The notes under the pieces are model-generated. The model was not told where the DNA came from. It saw only the letters and a list, made by a program, of their open reading frames with translations, and ran no database searches. Position numbers and translations under genes: made by a program. 64,000 nucleotides of DNA, from NCBI GenBank assembly GCA_963845755.1, contig CAWJTV010000020.1:544001-608000 (forward strand), given 5' to 3'. Source of the DNA: an uncultured Planctomycetota bacterium. GTDB lineage: Bacteria; Planctomycetota; Planctomycetia; Isosphaerales; Isosphaeraceae. Shown here piece by piece: positions 10,454 through 22,836 of the stretch (positions within the stretch are counted from its first letter, which is position 1; each line of letters begins with the position of its first letter).

Positions 10454-12424
10454 ATGGACGCGCTGGCAATCGGATGGGAGCACCATCGAGCGGGCCGGGA
10501 TGCGGAAGCGGAAGAATGGTGTCTCCGCGCACTTCGCTCGGACCCCGCGAATCACCAGGCCTGGCACCTCATGGGGTTGGTGGATTTCCATCGCGGCCAA
10601 TACGCCGAGGCGGAATCCCGATATCGAAGGGCCCTGGCCGCGCGCTCCGACTTCGCCGAGGCGTATGTTCAACCTGGGGGCCTTACTGGCCATGCAGGGC
10701 CGCCTCGACGAGGCGATCGCGTCGTTGCGCCACGCCCAGGCCCTCACCCCCGGTTCGGCGGACGTCCATCACCATCTCGGCGGAATCCTGTTCAAACTCG
10801 GGCGCCCGGCAGAAGCGGTCGCCTGCCTCCGGGAAGCTGTCCGCTGCAATCCCGACCATCCGATGGCCCCCTCGGCGCTCGGTTACGTCCTATCGTTGCA
10901 GGAGAACCATGCCGAGATGGCCGAGGTGTTTCGTCCCCTCGTGCGAATCCGGCCGGATCACCTGGTGGCCCACCTCCGGCTCGGCGAGGCCCTCGCGAAT
11001 CTCGGAAAGCTCGAGGAGGCGAGGGATTGCTTTGAAGTCGCCGTCAGACTGTCCCCCGGTTCGCCCGAGGCACAACTTGGCCTCGGGATGGCCTTATCGG
11101 ATCTTGGTCGATGGGAAGCCGCGCTGCCCAGCCTCCAGCTCGCCGTCGAATTGGCCCCGGACCGACCCGAGGCGCATACGATGTTGGCCAGGGCGTTCCG
11201 CGCTTGGCCAGTTCGAAGCGGCGCTGGTCTACGCCGATCGCGCGCTGGGACTTGCGCCTGATGACCCTCAGATGCACCGCGACCGAGGCTTCCTCCTGGA
11301 CGAGCTGAGACGTTGCGTCGAGGCGATCGCCAGTTACGATCGGGCGATTCGCATGGACCCTCAGCAGGCTGAGACCCATTACAACCGAGGGGTCACGCTC
11401 GTCAAGTTGGAGCGGTTCTCCGAGGCGATCGCCGCGTTCAGCGAGGCCCTCCGATTGCAGCCGGACTACGAGCAGGCCCGCGGTAACCGGGCGATAGCCA
11501 GGCTCACCCTCGGCGACTTCGAGGGAGGGCGGACAGAGTTCGAGGAGCAGGTGCGGCATCGCGACCGCGATGCCCCATGGCGACCGCAGCAACTCTGGAT
11601 GGGCGAGCCTCTCGAGGGGAAAACCATCCTCCTCCACGCCGATCAGGGTCTGGGGGACACCATCCAGTTCCTCCGCTATGCGCCGATCGTCCAGGCGCAG
11701 GGCGGGCGTGTGATCGTGGCCTCTCAGGCATCCCTCGTCCGCCTGGTAGAAACCTGCCCGGGAGTTCGACCAGGTCATCGCGCCGGGCGACCCGCTGCCG
11801 GAGTTCGACGTGCACTCGACGATCACGCGGCTCATGTGCCTGTTCAACACCACGATCGCAACGATTCCCGCTCGGCTGCCCTACCTCCTCGCTGACACGG
11901 CGCGGGTCGAACGATGGCGTGCGCGCCTCGACGCCTGGCCGGGATACAAGGTGGGTATCGCCTGGCAAGGGAACCCCAAGCATACCCGAGATCGGGATCG
12001 GTCCTTCCCTCTGGTCCTGTTCCAGCGGCTGTCCGAGATCGCCGGCGTCCGGCTCATCAGCTTGCAGAAGGGCCCCGGCACCGAGCAGCTTCGCGATTTG
12101 GGCGGCCGATTCCCGGTCGTCGACTTCGGCGACGCGGTTGACCCGGGCTTGACGATGATGGAGGATACCCCGGCCATCATGATGGGCCTGGATCTCGTGA
12201 TTACTCCCGATACCGCACTGGCGCACCTCGCCGGGGCCTTGGGCGTTCCGGTCTGGGTGGCACTCCCGATGGGGCCAGACTGGCGCTGGATGCTCGATCG
12301 AGAGGATAGTCCCTGGTACCCCACCGCTCGCCTGTTCCGACAGACCCAGATCGGCCGCTGGGAATCCGTCTTCGACCGCATCGCGGCGGCCCTGGCGGAA
12401 CGCAGTCAGGTCGCCGCGATCTGA
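10454..12424 (+). CDS. TPR-repeat protein with C-terminal glycosyltransferase (GT9-like) domain; several frameshifts
   Basis: Many TPR units, then W.GEPLEGKTILLHADQGLGDTIQFLRY, VGIAWQGNP, LDLVITPDTALAHLAGALG, DWRW..DSPWYP. Confidence 0.85.
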
Positions 12425-12966
12425 GCCTCTGATGCGAATTCCGGGGTCAGCACGAGTAGACCGTCATTCGGCGCCGCGGGGGCGCTGTGGTTTCAAGACC
12501 TCCGGGCCGACCGCGAAGCCGAGGTATCGGGCGAAACGCCACTGGCGATATCGCGCGTACCATCCCTGTCGTGCTCGATCACGTGTTCGTCTCGCTCGAG
12601 TCGCATCCATCGTCCTCACCTCGCTCTCCGGATGTTCCCCATTTCTACGTCCGTCCGGCGAGAAAGGGACTGCGCGGGACGTCGTTTTTTGGGTCTGGAT
12701 TCGCCTTGCTGACTCTTCTTCCTGCAAACGGCCACCACTCTGGCCCGCAATCGGAGGCCATGCTCTATTAAGGCTATGCCGTCTCGGCAGCCGATCCGGA
12801 CAAAAAACGACCAAAATTTGGAAGAAAAGCCGTTTCGAGCGTCTGATACGACCTTGCGACCGGACGGTGGCTGGCGAATCGGGATGATCGTCGTTACGAT
12901 CACGGCGGACGGCTCGCGAGGGTCGCGGCCCAGGACTGTTAGATCGAAAACCGGGAAGGTGTGGCG

Positions 12967-13803
12967 ATGAATCGACGAATGACCATGCTGGTTCTCAGCC
13001 TGGCGGCGACGAGCTTGGTGGTGGTCTCCACCCTCGGTCTGGGTCGTGCCCAGGAACCGCGGACGGTCGGTTTCAAGGACACTCCGATGTTGCCGGGCGG
13101 CCGCTGGCACGTGCACGACAGCGACCGGCCGCTGCCGAAGGTGATTACTCCGGGGACGTGCAGCACTCAGGACGAGACCGGGCGTCCTCCGTCCGACGCG
13201 ATCGTCCTCTTTGACGGCAAGGACCTGTCTCACTGGCAAGGGTCTCGAGGCCGGTCGGCCGGCTGGACGATCGAGGACGGCGCGATGGTCATCAAGCCGG
13301 GGGCTGGCGAGCTTCGGACCATCGACGAATTCGGCGACTGCCAGCTTCATCTGGAGTTCGCGTCGCCTGTCCCCCCGCGAGGCCGCGATCAAGGTCGTGG
13401 CAACAGCGGTGTGATGTTCTTCGGTCGCTATGAGATCCAGGTCCTGGACTGCTTCGATAACGCGACGTATGCGGATGGACATGCCGCCGCCATTTACGGC
13501 CAGTATCCTCCGCTAGTCAACGCCTCGCGCCCGCCCGGCCAGTGGCAAGCTTACGACATCATCTTCACCGCACCTCGCTTCAAGGCCGACCGTACCCTGG
13601 AATCGCCGGCCTACGTGACGATGCTCCACAATGGCGTGCTGGTGCACAACCACACCGCCGCGATCGGCGCGATGGCCTACCGTGCCGTCGGCAAGTACAC
13701 GCCTCACGGACCCAAGGGCCCGATCATCCTCCAGGATCACGGCAACCCGGTGCGTTTCCGCAACATCTGGGCTCGGCCGATCAAAGGTTATGACGAACCG
13801 TAG
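12967..13803 (+). CDS. DUF1080 / 3-keto-disaccharide hydrolase family secreted protein
   Basis: PPSDAIVLFDGKDL, FGDCQLHLEF, GNSGV, YEIQVLD, LQDHGNPVRFRNIW. Confidence 0.9.
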   Translation: MNRRMTMLVLSLAATSLVVVSTLGLGRAQEPRTVGFKDTPMLPGGRWHVHDSDRPLPKVITPGTCSTQDETGRPPSDAIVLFDGKDLSHWQGSRGRSAGWTIEDGAMVIKPGAGELRTIDEFGDCQLHLEFASPVPPRGRDQGRGNSGVMFFGRYEIQVLDCFDNATYADGHAAAIYGQYPPLVNASRPPGQWQAYDIIFTAPRFKADRTLESPAYVTMLHNGVLVHNHTAAIGAMAYRAVGKYTPHGPKGPIILQDHGNPVRFRNIWARPIKGYDEP

Positions 13804-14061
13804 GCCCCGATGGGCCGCACATCCCGCTATACTTCCGGGCGATCTCGCACTGAGGTCCGTAGACGACCCCGGCCGGCTTGCGGTTCTCCGGCTTGGGCTC
13901 ATCGTTCCGGTCAACGTGGCTACGGATCTGGACGCCCGAATTGAGCCTGGGGTCGCACACACCCACCCCCTCAACGGAGGTCCCCATGGATACACCCGGG
14001 TCCGAGGCGAGCTATTTCATCAGCTTGCGGCTCCGGCGGATCACTGTCGGATATGCCTACC

Positions 14062-15868
14062 TCATTCCGCGACGTAACGATACCGGTATCGCCCCTCGGG
14101 GGCCACGTCGCCGCTGACGTAGAAGTCCAGGATATCGCCGGGATTCTGGAGATTATCGGCCCATTTGAAGTCCAGGGAGAGACGAGCTTGGTGGCGAGGA
14201 ATCCCTAGCGATTCCCGCGGGATGCGCAAGTGCAGTTCATTGCCGGCGGCGCGGAACGCGATTCGCGCGACAGGCTTCCAGTTCCAGCCGCCGTCGTTCT
14301 TCTCGAGCCAAGTGGTCCCATCGCCGCCCATCTTCCGGTTGACGATGAAGTCGTAACCCTCCCAGCCTGTCCTGGGATTGCCATCGACGTCGATTAGCAG
14401 CCACATCCAGTTGGGGTCGGAGAGCGGTGTTAGCGGCTGCCGCGTCCGGGCGTAGAATGAGACGTGTTCGGAATCCCGAGCGACCTTGAATGCCATAAGA
14501 TCATTGCGGCCGGTCTTGTCCCGGTAGTGGAGGCCACCGGCCCCGTCGAAGTCGCGGGGGAGCGTGTCTCCCGGGTCGTCGGTAAACTCCGGCGAAACGT
14601 CAGCCCACTGTTGCATGCGACCGTCGATCCGGATCGATCGGGCGGCCGAGGCGCGGGGCAACGGCGCGACCCCTTTGTAGCGACGGACGTTGGCCACGAG
14701 CTGATAGTAGTAGTTATCGCCATGGCCCCCTTTCATCGGCTCGATGTCGCGACTGTACTCCCGGTTGAACTGGTCGACGAACACGACCGGTCCGCCCGGC
14801 TTCCCGTAACGGTCGGCGAACCACTCGTTCCAGCCCGTGACCATCACGAACGGCGGATCGAGCGCCAGAGCGCGCTCCCACTGCTCCTGGAAGTTTGGCC
14901 CTCGATCCACCGCCCCGGGGGAGTGGTCCAACGTCCCATCGTGGAAGGTCCGGCCGCGGGCGTCGCCCGCGCTCATGTTCGTCACCCGGCCGTCACTGAC
15001 GCGAAGGTTCTGCGCCACGGAGACGTTGACCTGCTCGGGCTTGTCGAGATCTGTCGTGTATCCATAGTGCTGCGGATAGGTGGCCTCCCAGTGCCAGGCG
15101 TATGGCGTATTCACCTGGGTGAACGGCCAGTGGGCGCGGCGGAGCGTGAAGAAGCTCCGCAGTTCAGGGCTCGCCTTCTCGGAGTCGCAGACCAGGAGCG
15201 GCTTCCCTTCCCAGGTGAACCAGAGATCGCGAAAGTGCCCGGGCCGGTAGAGATCCCGATAGATCTTGTCGGCGGTCTCGCCGGCCTGGGCGTTGACCAT
15301 GAACGCGATCCCGGGCGTTCGGCCTCCGGCGTTCCTCACGTCCTGAAAGACGGCGCACAGCCGACGATAGACTTCGGGGTAGGTCGCGGCGTTGGTCGTG
15401 TCGAAGATCAGGACGTCGATGCCGGCCGCCGAGAGAAGCTGGGCATGTCGGCGCAAGACCCAGGGATCGGCCGAGAAGTAGTAGCCGTAGAGCGGCTCGC
15501 CCCAGTAGTGGTGCATCCCCATCGGACCCCAGAGCGGCGAGTCGGGATGTCGCAGGGCATCGGGATCCTTGGCCAGGATTTGCGACAGGTCATATGGCCC
15601 GCTGCCGGGCGGCAACTTGCCACGGGGTTCGTCATGCCAGAGGAAGTAGAAGATCCCCACATGACGGTCGGCCCGCGGCGCGGGTACGCCGCGGTCGCTC
15701 CGCCATCGGCAACGATCGCCCCAGTGCGTCGGTCGCGGGCCAGGGTACGCCTCGTACCGGCTCCGCCGCGCCGAGCCGGTCGGGGACCGTCAGCGTGACG
15801 AGAGCCCAGAGCAGTGCCGTGACGACAACGGTGCTCGAAATTCGAAAATAACTGATATTCTTATGCAT
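14062..15868 (-). CDS. Secreted glycoside hydrolase, GH71/GH99-like; frameshift near 15690
   Basis: Signal peptide + W.ATDALGR; VGIFYFLWH, HYWGEPLYGYY, AGIDVLIFDTTN, VTGWNEW, SRDIEP. Confidence 0.75.
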
Positions 15869-15877
15869 AAGATCTGG

Positions 15878-16681
15878 CTATTCCGGCTCCTGCGAGTAAT
15901 ACATGTCGTAGAACGGATCGGTCGGGTCTTTGGACGCCTTCCGCCAGGGGAGCGTCCATACCTGCTTCCCCTTCCAGAAAGCCTTGACCTCGAATGAAGT
16001 CATCGGGGCCAGGGCGTACTCCCATCGGAGGCCGCCGGCCGGGTCGGCTCGAGACTCGATCATGAGGACCACTTCGGGTTCGGTCCCGAGCGCGAACGCG
16101 AACAGGGCGCCATCCTCGACTCCCGAACCGGCCTTGCCGTAGCGGAGCCAGGGCTTCGGCAGGAGCCGGAGTTGGCTCCATCCCTCGCCCAGGAAATCAT
16201 CCGTGGCCGTGAACTCCTCGGCAATAGCTCGGAGTTGGCGCAGGCGTGCCTGGGGAGTTGCCGCCGGGGCGGGGGCCCCTGGCACGGGACGGAACTCGAG
16301 GCCGGGCTTGGGCCGCCACACCGCTCTGTCTCCGCTCTCCGCCACGATCGGGCTGGCCGACAGCGAGGTCCAGTCGTGGATCCAGTATTTCGTGGGGGCT
16401 CGGAACATCTGAATCGTCGCCTCGGGTCGACCGGTCCTGGCATCGGTCCAGAGGAAGATCGCGCTGTCCTTGACCTTCGTCACGGGGTTGTCGAGCCGGA
16501 AGATCGGATCGGCCAGGAGTCGGAACGGCGGCGATCCGGCAGCCGTCCGGCGGACGCGGTAATGGGCCACCGAGCTCTTCATGTAGGCCAGCCGCACGGC
16601 GGCATCCTCCGACAACGGCGGGGCCACTACCAGGTAGGGATGCTGAGCAAGCATCACGGTCAAGACGAGTGTAGTCGCCAT
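15878..16681 (-). CDS. Hypothetical secreted protein (paralog of upstream gene)
   Basis: PIFRLDNP..AIFLW..RP.A; RLRQLRAIAEEF; LRLLPKP..RY; DGALFAF. Confidence 0.7.
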   Translation of the reverse strand: MATTLVLTVMLAQHPYLVVAPPLSEDAAVRLAYMKSSVAHYRVRRTAAGSPPFRLLADPIFRLDNPVTKVKDSAIFLWTDARTGRPEATIQMFRAPTKYWIHDWTSLSASPIVAESGDRAVWRPKPGLEFRPVPGAPAPAATPQARLRQLRAIAEEFTATDDFLGEGWSQLRLLPKPWLRYGKAGSGVEDGALFAFALGTEPEVVLMIESRADPAGGLRWEYALAPMTSFEVKAFWKGKQVWTLPWRKASKDPTDPFYDMYYSQEPE

Positions 16682-16712
16682 CTCGGGTCATTCCTCGATA
16701 GGGGCCGCTCGA

Positions 16713-17571
16713 TCAATCCAGCCGGTCCAGAGCCGGCCGGTCGAACAGATAATACGGATTCGTCCATCCTGCGACGACCGGCTTGGGGAAGTCGGCGACC
16801 TCGCGGTCGTCGAGCTTGACGCGGAGCCTGGCCGCTACGATCCGGGCCATCCCGTAGAACCAGGCCGGCTCGCCCTGGTCCTCGTGACGCGCCTCGATCA
16901 GCAGCGCGACCTCGGGGTCGCGTCCGTAGGCCATCAGGAAGATTGCGCCGTCCTCCAACCCGGCATCGGGAGCGCGATAGCGGAGGATAGGCTGAGGAAG
17001 GAGCCGCAGTTCGAACCGGTCGGAAGGGTCGTTGCGGGCCGGGTCGAGCGACTCGGACGCCTTGAAGCGCCGGGCCGTCACGCGCATCTGGCGGAGTCGC
17101 TTGCCTTGATCGTCGGCCGGCGGTTGACCCTTGGGGATCGGGTCCAAGACGATGCCGGCTTCGGTCGGGTTCCAGGCCCATGGACCGGAGCCATGCCGGC
17201 TGCTCGCTACGAGCTTTCCGGCAGAGAGCGAGATCAGCTCGTGGATCCACTTGAGCCGCCCCCGGGTCGTCCTTCCCGAGCGAGAGGCAAAGCAAAGCGG
17301 CCGGCCGTACCGACTTGCCGAAGGCCCAGATCGTCCCGTCCGAGAATCGTCGTGCGGGGTCGTCGAAGCGATAGATTGGCTCGGGACTCAGCTCCGATTT
17401 GGTCCCGGCGGGCGTCAACTCGAGCGTGATCGCTCGGGCCAGCTCCCGCATGGCCGCCGACCTGGCCTCCGATGTCGCGGGCGGGCCGTCCTGCGTCCTC
17501 GCCGATAAAGTGGGCAGGCACAGGCTGATGACGGCTAACAAGGCGATTCGCATTGGTCGGCGATTCGGCAT
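16713..17571 (-). CDS. Hypothetical secreted protein (paralog of downstream gene); frameshift near 17270
   Basis: PIYRFDDP..DGTIWAF..RPAA; RLRQMRVTARRF; LRLLPQPILRY; DGAIF..DPEVALLIEAR. Confidence 0.7.
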
Positions 17572-18057
17572 AGTGGGCTACCCTCCTTCGTGATCCGGGC
17601 GCCAGGTCCTTGTCTGACAATTGTAACGGTGTTGGCTCCTCCTTTCCAGCCGGAGCCCAGCCGATCTCTGGGGTCTCCTCGTCGGTCGCCATCGTCATGC
17701 CTTCGGGGAAAGGTCCTGCCAGGATTGGGGCCGCCCGCAAATCGGCGATCGCTGCGCGATCGGCCCCACATCCGGGAGGCACTGTCAATATCGCGAGAGT
17801 TCAGTAGATATCACTGTCGTGTGTCGGGCAACGCATCCGATGAAGCTCAATGGTCCACCTGGAAAAAGTTCAAGTTTTGCGACTTCCCGTGGACAGAGCA
17901 CAGAGAAGGATTAAATTTATAAATTCATATATAATCACAAAACTTTCCGTGACGATCTTACTCGCGTCAATCGCGCCACGAGCCGCGCATGCGCAGGATC
18001 CGTTCCGACTGCCCGGGGATTTCCTCATCAAGATAGCCGACTAGTGTTTGCTCCAGC

Positions 18058-18713
18058 ATGACAAGGCGCGCCGACACAGCTCTACCAATTCCCCCAGCCG
18101 GCTCCTGTCCTCATCTCACCGCCTGGTGGCGGATTGCCATCCAGCTCAGTGCCAACATCGACACCCGGCACATCGACACAGACTCAGCTCTCCGTGGTGA
18201 TCGTCAACTTTCTGCGGAGGACGCCGCGACGCCGCTCAGAAGACCGCCGATAGTCACTGGGTGCCGTACCTGGAGAGATGGTGGGAGGAATGGAAGTCTG
18301 GCGGGAGCCGCCGCGAGGCTGCCAATCGCGCCCTGGCCGGCATAAGTGATCCCCGCGCCGTGCACGCGATCCGCCGGGTCCTTTGCATGGAGAACGCGGC
18401 GCAACAGGAGATGGCCGTCCAGCTCCTCGGACGGATCGACAGCCCGTTGTCCTCCCAAACGCTCGTCAACTTGGTCTTGGAACATCGGTCAACGTCGGTC
18501 GTCAACGCCGCGCTCCTCCGATTGAAGGGTCGCAACCCGAGGGATTTCATGGATGGACTGATTGGATCTCTACGACCATCAATCCCCTATCGCGTTAAGC
18601 CGGTCGGCCCGAATGGTCAGCCTGGGATGTTGGTCATGGCAGGGAGAGGCAGCCCTCCGTTCCCGCCCTGTACGTCCATCAAAGCTCTGCGAGTACGCGA
18701 TGAGCGCAAGTGA
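18058..18713 (+). pseudogene. Mosaic remnant: GT2 glycosyltransferase N-terminus joined to an internal HEAT-repeat protein fragment
   Basis: ..TQLSVVIVNF ends near 18212, then AQKTADSHWVPYLERW..LAGISDPRAV..AVQLLGRID..YRVKPVGPNGQPGML, truncated against the converging gene. Confidence 0.5.
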
Positions 18714-20322
18714 CCGCCAGGGCCCCGTCCCCGACAGCAAATGCGACCCGTTTGGTCGTACCGCTACGGACGTCGCCGGCGGCGAAGACCCCCGGGCACG
18801 TGGTCTCGACCGTGCAGGGCTCGCGGTCGCTCAACGGCCAGCGGTCGGATTTCGCGGCATCGGCCCCCGTGAGGATGAAGCCCTTGGGATCGACCGCGAT
18901 GCTCGGTGGCATCCAGCCGGTCCTGGGCTGCGCGCCGATGAAGACGAAGACCGCCGAGCAATCGAGGTCGCGAGAACTCCCGTCCCGAACGTCGCGGAGC
19001 CGGAGCCCCGTGATCGTGCGGTCGCCCTCGACGGCGTCAACCTCGACATGACGGAGAACCTCGATTTTCGGGTGACGCTCGATACGGCGGGCGAGGTAGG
19101 CGGACATGCTCTTCCGCAGGTCACCCCCTCGCAGTAGCAGCGTGGCGCCGGTGGTGTGCTCGGCGAGGAACATCACCGCCTGGCCCGCCGAGTTGCCGCC
19201 TCCCACTACGGCCGCACGGCCGCTCCGGCACGAGCGCGCGTGCACCGAGGTGCAGGAATAGAAGATCCCCGCCCCATCCCAGCGCTCACACCCTGCGACA
19301 GGGAGACGTTGGTAGCTGGCGCCGGTGGCGATGAGGACAGTCCGGCCGCGTACAACCTGTCCGTCGTCGAGGACGAGCCGGTGCATTCGGTCCTCGCAAG
19401 TCATGGAGCGAACCTCGACCGGCGCCACGAGCTCGGCCCCGAACTTGAGGGCCTGGAGATAACCTCGGTTGGCCAGCTCCGCCCCGGTCAGTCCGGCAGG
19501 GAATCCCATGTAGTTCTCGATCCGAGAGCTGGTCCCCGCTTGACCACCCGGGCCGAACCGGTCGAGAACGATGGTGGCAAGCCCCTCCGAGGCACCGTAG
19601 ACGGCCGCGGCGAGACCTGCCGGACCGGCGCCGACAATCACCAGGTCGAACGGCTCGGTGCGGATCTGGCGCTTCAGCCCGAGACACTCGGCCAACCGCG
19701 TGACCGTGGGACGTGGCGAGCGCGTGCCCCGGTTGCAGGTGACGAACGGCAGTTGGTCCGGGCCGACCCCCAGCGATTGCAGAGCGGCTCGTCCCTCCGC
19801 GTCGTCGGCGTCAATCCAGGTATGCGGCACCTTGTTCTTGTCGAAGAACTCGCGGATGACCGTCACGTCCGGATCGCCCAGATGCCCGAAGAGGCGTACT
19901 CCGACGAACCCGGAGCGTTCCAACATAATCCGGCGCGTCTGGAATGCCTCGAGAAGCTTGTCGCTGAGGTCGGGGATCTCCTGGATCACCTGGCGCAGCT
20001 CGGCCTGGCTAACGCAGTAAGCCCGGCAAGCACCCCGGGCATAGGCCGAGATGACGGCGGGGCGGTCAGTCAACAGCGAGACATCCCCGGTGAACTCGCG
20101 CGGGCCGTGAACGACGATGGTCCTCGGCTCGGCGTTCGATTCGTCGACGATCGCGATCTCACCCGACTCGACGACGTAGAACGGCAGGCCGCGTTGCCCG
20201 GCCAGGAAGATGGCTTCGCCATCTTCGAACGAGCAGACCTTTGACAGGCCGGCCAGGCAATCGATCTCGGCCTCGCTGAGTGTCGGAAATGCGAGGTGAT
20301 GCTCGTAATCGACGATCAACAT
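18679..20322 (-). CDS. Cyclic-nucleotide-binding domain + thioredoxin-reductase-like FAD oxidoreductase
   Basis: N-terminal cNMP domain (FYVVESGEI, EFTGD); GAGPAGLAAAVYGASEG, SSRIENY.GFP, GGGNSAGQA, GDVRSG..KRVA. Confidence 0.9.
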   Translation of the reverse strand: MLIVDYEHHLAFPTLSEAEIDCLAGLSKVCSFEDGEAIFLAGQRGLPFYVVESGEIAIVDESNAEPRTIVVHGPREFTGDVSLLTDRPAVISAYARGACRAYCVSQAELRQVIQEIPDLSDKLLEAFQTRRIMLERSGFVGVRLFGHLGDPDVTVIREFFDKNKVPHTWIDADDAEGRAALQSLGVGPDQLPFVTCNRGTRSPRPTVTRLAECLGLKRQIRTEPFDLVIVGAGPAGLAAAVYGASEGLATIVLDRFGPGGQAGTSSRIENYMGFPAGLTGAELANRGYLQALKFGAELVAPVEVRSMTCEDRMHRLVLDDGQVVRGRTVLIATGASYQRLPVAGCERWDGAGIFYSCTSVHARSCRSGRAAVVGGGNSAGQAVMFLAEHTTGATLLLRGGDLRKSMSAYLARRIERHPKIEVLRHVEVDAVEGDRTITGLRLRDVRDGSSRDLDCSAVFVFIGAQPRTGWMPPSIAVDPKGFILTGADAAKSDRWPLSDREPCTVETTCPGVFAAGDVRSGTTKRVAFAVGDGALAVTCAHRVLAEL

Positions 20323-20749
20323 GGTCTCTATCCCTCCCGGGGGTCGGTCCGCCCACCGCATCGCAGCGGCTCCGGCATCTCTGCGATCCTCCTCACTTCC
20401 AGGGTCGGCCGTCAACCCTGGCTCTACTTTCAGTAGTTCGGTCAAGCAAGGCCAAGAGGGAAGAAGGCCGGCGGGGTCAAGTAAATCCTGGTGTTCGACT
20501 CGGTGTGGTGCAACAACGTCCGGTGGGTCGAAGACGGACACGTTGCTCAACTGTCCCGTCGAACCTGCCGCCCGGACGGCGCCGTGAAGCCGCGGGTCCG
20601 TTGCTCACCTCACTTCATTGATTGCTTGCGGCATACGGCCGACTAGTGGACAATAGGACCGCGAGTGTCCGTTGACTGGTGTTGGAACGATCGCACGTCG
20701 GTGCAGGGCCTTCGCATTCCAGTCCCGACTCGCTTCAAGGTGAGCGCTG

Positions 20750-22610
20750 ATGGTGAAGTCACGACCTGACACCGAACAGCCGAGTCTTGATGTCGTCTTG
20801 AAGCGTCATTTCGGCTTCCAGTCATTTCGACCCCTCCAACGAGAGATCATTGAGAGCCTACTGGCCGGCGAAGATGTCCTGGCGCTGCTGCCCACGGGCG
20901 GTGGCAAGTCGTTGTGCTATCAATTGCCCGCGATCGTCAACAACGGGCTCACAGTCGTCATCTCGCCGCTGATCGCTCTCATGAAGGATCAGGTCGACAG
21001 CCTGGAGGAGATCGGCGTACCTGCGACTTTCCTCAATTCGTCGTTGTCTCCCGAGGAGTACCGACGGCGATGGAAGGATCTGGCAGGCCGCCGGTACAAC
21101 ATTCTCTATCTGGCGCCGGAACGCCTCGTAACCGAAGAGATGCTCGCAACCCTCCAAACTTGGGACGTCGGTCTCATCGCCGTGGACGAGGCCCACTGTA
21201 TCTCGGAATGGGGCCATGATTTTCGACCGGAGTATCGCGAACTCGCGGTCCTGCGCCAGAGATTTCCGACCGTGCCACTCGTCGCTCTCACGGCCACCGC
21301 GACCGCCCGCGTTCGGGATGATATCGTCTCTCTCCTTCAGATGAAGCAGCCACGGATTCAGGTCGCGAGCTTCAATCGCCCGAACCTGTCCTACCGCATT
21401 GTTCCGCGCGTATCTCCGCTCAAGCAGGTCGTAGCGATCATCTCCGAGCATCGCGGTGAAAGCGGCATCATCTACTGCATGACCCGCAATCGCACCGAGG
21501 AGCTCGCGGAGGCACTACTCCAGGAGGGTGTGGCCGCGCGTGCGTATCACGCAGGACTCGATTCGAAAGAGCGCGATCGACGACAGGATCTCTTCATCCA
21601 GGACAAGATCGAAGTCATCGTCGCGACCATCGCGTTCGGCATGGGCGTCCACAAGCCGGATGTACGATTCGTCATCCACCATGATCTGCCCAAGAATATC
21701 GAGAGTTACTATCAGGAGTCGGGCCGGGCCGGACGGGACGGCCTGCCCAGTGAATGCGTCCTACTTTACAGTCGATCCGATTCTGCGAGGCTGCATGGTC
21801 TGATCGATAGTATCACGAATGAGCAAGAACAAACGGTCGCTCGCAGACACCTCGTGAAGCTCATCGAGTTTTGCGAGAGCGCCCAGTGCCGTCGCGTCCA
21901 GCTCCTCCAGTATTTCGGGGAAACCTACCAAGGGGGAGGTGGAGAACCACTCGTCGCATGCGGGGCCTGCGACAACTGCCTCACGCCACGTGAACGAATC
22001 GACGGCACGGTCGAGGCGCAAAAAGATCCTCTCCTGTATCTATCGAATTCAGCAGAAGAGCGGTTTTCATGTCGGCCTTCACCATGTCGTGGACGTTCTC
22101 TGCGGCGCGGATACCGAGAAGGTTCGAAAATGGGGGCATCAAACGCTCTCGACCTACGGCATCGGCACCGAGCATTCGCGGTACGAGTGGGCCCATTTTA
22201 CCAGGGAGCTGCTGCGACTCGGCTTACTGCGACAAGACGCGGAGCGATTCAATGTCCTGGAGACCACGTCGGCCGGCCGGGAGTTCCTCAAGAACCGAGC
22301 ACACCTCGAGGTGAACAAGCCGCTCGTGACGGGACGCTTGAGTCGCGAGAAGCGAGAGCAACAAAAGAAGATGACAGGAGCGGTCGTGTATGATCAATCG
22401 CTCTTCGACCGTCTGCGCGAGTGGCGCAAGACCATCGCGACCGAGCGCGGGGTGCCCGCGTATGTGATCTTCCACGATTCCACGCTTCAAGCGATCGCGC
22501 ATGAGAAACCCACAAATCTCGGTGGACTTTCGAGGATCGCGGGTCTTGGTGAACGGAAGCTCGCGCAGTATGGAGAGCAGATTCTGACCGTGATTAGTGC
22601 TCCAGGATAA
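20750..22610 (+). CDS. recQ: DNA helicase RecQ; frameshift in the A-run near 22020
   Basis: PTGGGKSLCYQ, VDEAHCISEWGHDFRPEY, QESGRAGRDG, Zn-binding CRR..CGACDNC, RQC and HRDC (VPAYVIFHDSTL). Confidence 0.95.
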
Positions 22611-22836
22611 CGATACTGCCCCTCCTATGACCAGCAAGATTCGAAGGTCGCAAGTACTCAAGTCAAATCCTTGGCGGAACTTACGAGCATATCCCAGAAA
22701 AATCGCCGAGCCTGTCGATTTCACGGCCCTTCGGTTAACGTCTCAGTAGAGCGAGCCCAACCTCGGCGGGTCGGGGCACTCAGGAAACCCAGTTCTGGCT
22801 CCGAAACCAGACGGATCCTCGAACTCAATAGGAGAT

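Noticed and set aside
22713..22742. ECF42-type autoregulated promoter TGTCGA..CGTC upstream of the DGPF gene
   Set aside because: Position is plausible, but the 20-bp spacer looks too long to call confidently
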